Source: Dictyostelium discoideum
Lineage: Eukaryota
Assembly: GCA_000004695.1 (NCBI GenBank)
Contig: CM000151.3
Location: forward strand, 6,528,001 to 6,592,000
Length of the DNA: 64,000 nt
Direction of reading: 5' to 3'
The notes beneath the pieces are model-generated. The model was not told the origin of the DNA and made no database searches. It worked only from the letters and a program-made list of their open reading frames with translations. The first letter of the stretch is position 1; every line of letters begins with the position of its first letter. Both the position numbers and the translations under genes were made by a program. Below are positions 62,487 through 64,000 of the stretch, piece by piece.

Positions 62487-63371
62487 TTGGGGGGGCATTA
62501 ATGTATAATGATTATAGTAATTTGATAGTTATTGTAATGAAGTGCAACAAAAAATATTTTTTTTTTAATTAAAAAAAAAAAAATAATAATAATAAAAATA
62601 ATAATAAAAATAATAATAAAAATAATAATAAAAATAATAAAAATAATAATAAAAATAATAAAAGCTTTTGCTGGGGGAGGTTGGGAGTGGTGTGGGGGTA
62701 GTGTATGAATAACAATAAATAAACAACAAAAGAAAAATAAAAAAAAAAATAATGAAAAAAAAAAAAAAAAAAAAAAAAAAATAATGAAGTGATACATACC
62801 AATAGTTGGTTGTGAGAAAGTGAATTTTTGGAACATCTCCAATACAATTTCCAATGGTTCAATTAAATCCTAATAAAATAAGAATAAAAATAATTTTTCA
62901 ATTAGAAAAAAAAAAAAAAAGGGGTTGACAGTTAGTATGATTTTTTTTTTTTTTTTTTTTGTGTTTTTTTTATATTATTATCATAAAAATTATTATAAAA
63001 TTTTAAATTTTAAAACTATAGTTTACATTTGAGTTTATAGTGGATAAATTAAATAGATGATCAATGAGAGATTCATCAGTGATTTTAATTTTTAAGTGAT
63101 TACAAATATCCAATAATTTTGATAATAAACTTGGAATTATAACATTCTTTGCTTGCTCTATATATAAAGTTCCAATTTTTGGTGTTGATGATGATGATGA
63201 TGGTGATGTTGGTGAAGATTGATTATTATTATTATTTGAAATTGGTGATAGTGGTGGTGATTGAGTAAGTGGAGTTGTTGATCCACTATTTGTTGGTGAC
63301 GCTGTTGTTTTATTTACTGATGAAGGATTACCACGTGGTGTTGATACTCCTCTTGGTGTTATTGGACCACC

Positions 63372-63404
<33 letters not shown>

Positions 63405-63724
63405 TTTTAATTTAATTTTTTGAATATTTTTAAGATGATACATTAAAGTCATTAAAGTATCACTCAATTGAAAGATTTGATCGAAAAGATCAGGTTTTAT
63501 TACAGAGGTAGTGGAATTATTACTACTACTATTACTATTACTATTTACTGATACATTGCTACTATTAACATTTAAAGCTGATTTATGTTGTTTTTTACTA
63601 CTTTGTGTTGGTGAATTACTATTACTATTATTTACATTTGATGATACATTAGTTTTTGTCAAAGTGATAATATTATTACCTTTGGCACGTGATACAATTG
63701 GTGAATTCTCTGGTGATGATGATA

Positions 63725-63778
<54 letters not shown>

Positions 63779-64000
63779 GATTATTATTGCTATTATTATT
63801 AATAGTACCATTACTAGCACCATCAAAAAATGAATTAAAACTCATTGATAATCTTTTATTACTTGCTGCGCTACCTAAAATTGGTGGAATCAATGGTTTT
63901 TGTGGTTGTAATATTGGTGAAGTTAGGATTGGTGGTGTTGAAATTGATGATGATGGTGAACCAGATAAAATTGGTGATGATGGTATTGAATTGTTATTAC
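54943..64000 (-). CDS. sgcA: Soluble guanylyl cyclase of the soluble-adenylyl-cyclase (sAC) type: two class-III cyclase catalytic domains followed by a P-loop NTPase (STAND) and TPR-like region. At least 4 exons lie in the window: >64000..63027, 62869..62800, 61623..60501 and 60334..54943. The 5' end lies beyond the right edge
   Basis: The last exon (1796 aa) contains cyclase 1 (YSSCVLFADISGFTSLTERLGNHGKEGVELL..GGDIVKFAGDAVLAHW), cyclase 2 (..VDDKGCVLIAAWGVPPYSHEDDP..CFCGDVGSDERREYAVVGDIVNLAARLM), Walker A EAEAGLGKSRL, and a long helical-repeat and low-complexity C-terminus. It joins to the previous exon through a phase-2 intron (AA|GTAATT at 60500 .. AAAATAG| at 60335-36) that contains an (AAT)~33 tract. 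Exon 61623..60501 is Ser/Thr/Asn-rich. A 70-nt exon (DLIEPLEIVLEMFQKFTFSQPTI) lies between a canonical TTTTATTAG| acceptor and a G|GTATGT donor. The phase-1 junction G|TA to 61623 closes the frame. The listed ORF 63003..63893 would be the next exon upstream through a phase-0 GTAAAC donor at 63026. The tallied length (~2.5k aa in the window) fits a ~2.8k-aa sAC-like cyclase. Confidence 0.6.
60398..60497. repeat. (AAT)n trinucleotide microsatellite of ~33 units inside an sgcA intron
   Basis: A perfect AATAAT.. run is visible on the plus strand. It lies between the donor at 60500 and the acceptor at 60335. Confidence 0.85.

Noticed and set aside
62498-62862. Minus-strand ORFs of 97-118 aa (poly-F/I)
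   Set aside because: Only the first ~23 codons (62869..62800) are a real exon bounded by AG| and |GTATGT. The remainder is intronic A/T repeat read through.

Overview
This is AT-rich (~75-80% A+T) nuclear DNA with the hallmarks of a dictyostelid social amoeba such as Dictyostelium discoideum: homopolymer-filled intergenic DNA, short GT..AG introns of ~80-170 nt, poly-Asn/Gln coding microsatellites, and a tRNA gene followed ~50 nt downstream by a non-LTR retrotransposon. It is eukaryotic, so there are no operons and no CRISPR. The six-frame ORF track marks starts with ATG/GTG/TTG and leaves out exons that lack such a codon or run off the window edge, so I rebuilt several multi-exon genes by hand from reverse-strand translation and splice signals.

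Supported genes, left to right:
- (-) partial Asn-rich gene running off the left edge
- (-) two-PQ-loop 7-TM transporter-like protein
- (-) mitochondrial carrier family protein with an Asn-rich N-terminal extension
- (+) protein with two tandem RlaP/PF10127-like nucleotidyltransferase motifs
- (+) MDR/quinone-oxidoreductase-type dehydrogenase
- (-) ~1376-aa secreted type-I membrane glycoprotein with an EGF-like module, possibly Tgr-like (6 exons)
- (+) protein disulfide isomerase with two thioredoxin domains and no KDEL
- (+) cytochrome b5
- (+) secreted alpha/beta-hydrolase
- (+) Rab1-derived GTPase with a deleted switch II
- (-) multi-pass membrane protein
- (+) PH-domain protein (4 exons)
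- (+) small 2-TM protein
- (-) TVP23 Golgi membrane protein (5 exons, including a 9-nt first exon)
- (-) mitochondrial-type acyl-CoA synthetase (3 exons)
- (-) hypothetical protein
- (+) tRNA-Ser(AGA), followed by an apparently intact ~5.3-kb TRE3-type retrotransposon (ORF1 plus an APE-endonuclease/reverse-transcriptase ORF2, 3' UTR, poly(A))
- (-) expansin-like protein
- (-) Piwi-domain Argonaute (3 exons, ~979 aa)
- (-) soluble guanylyl cyclase, sAC-like (sgcA-type), whose upstream exons appear to continue past the right edge

Among the hunt observations, the ones I would follow up first are a MITE-like element with ~38-bp terminal inverted repeats, a second foldback element upstream of the tRNA, and a switch-II-deleted Rab1 paralog with a CaaX tail. 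Others include a 5.5-kb gene-free interval studded with G-box/CA-rich elements and microsatellites, an unusually long sgcA intron with G-rich islands, small unannotated ORFs, and a GC-rich island with no ORF.
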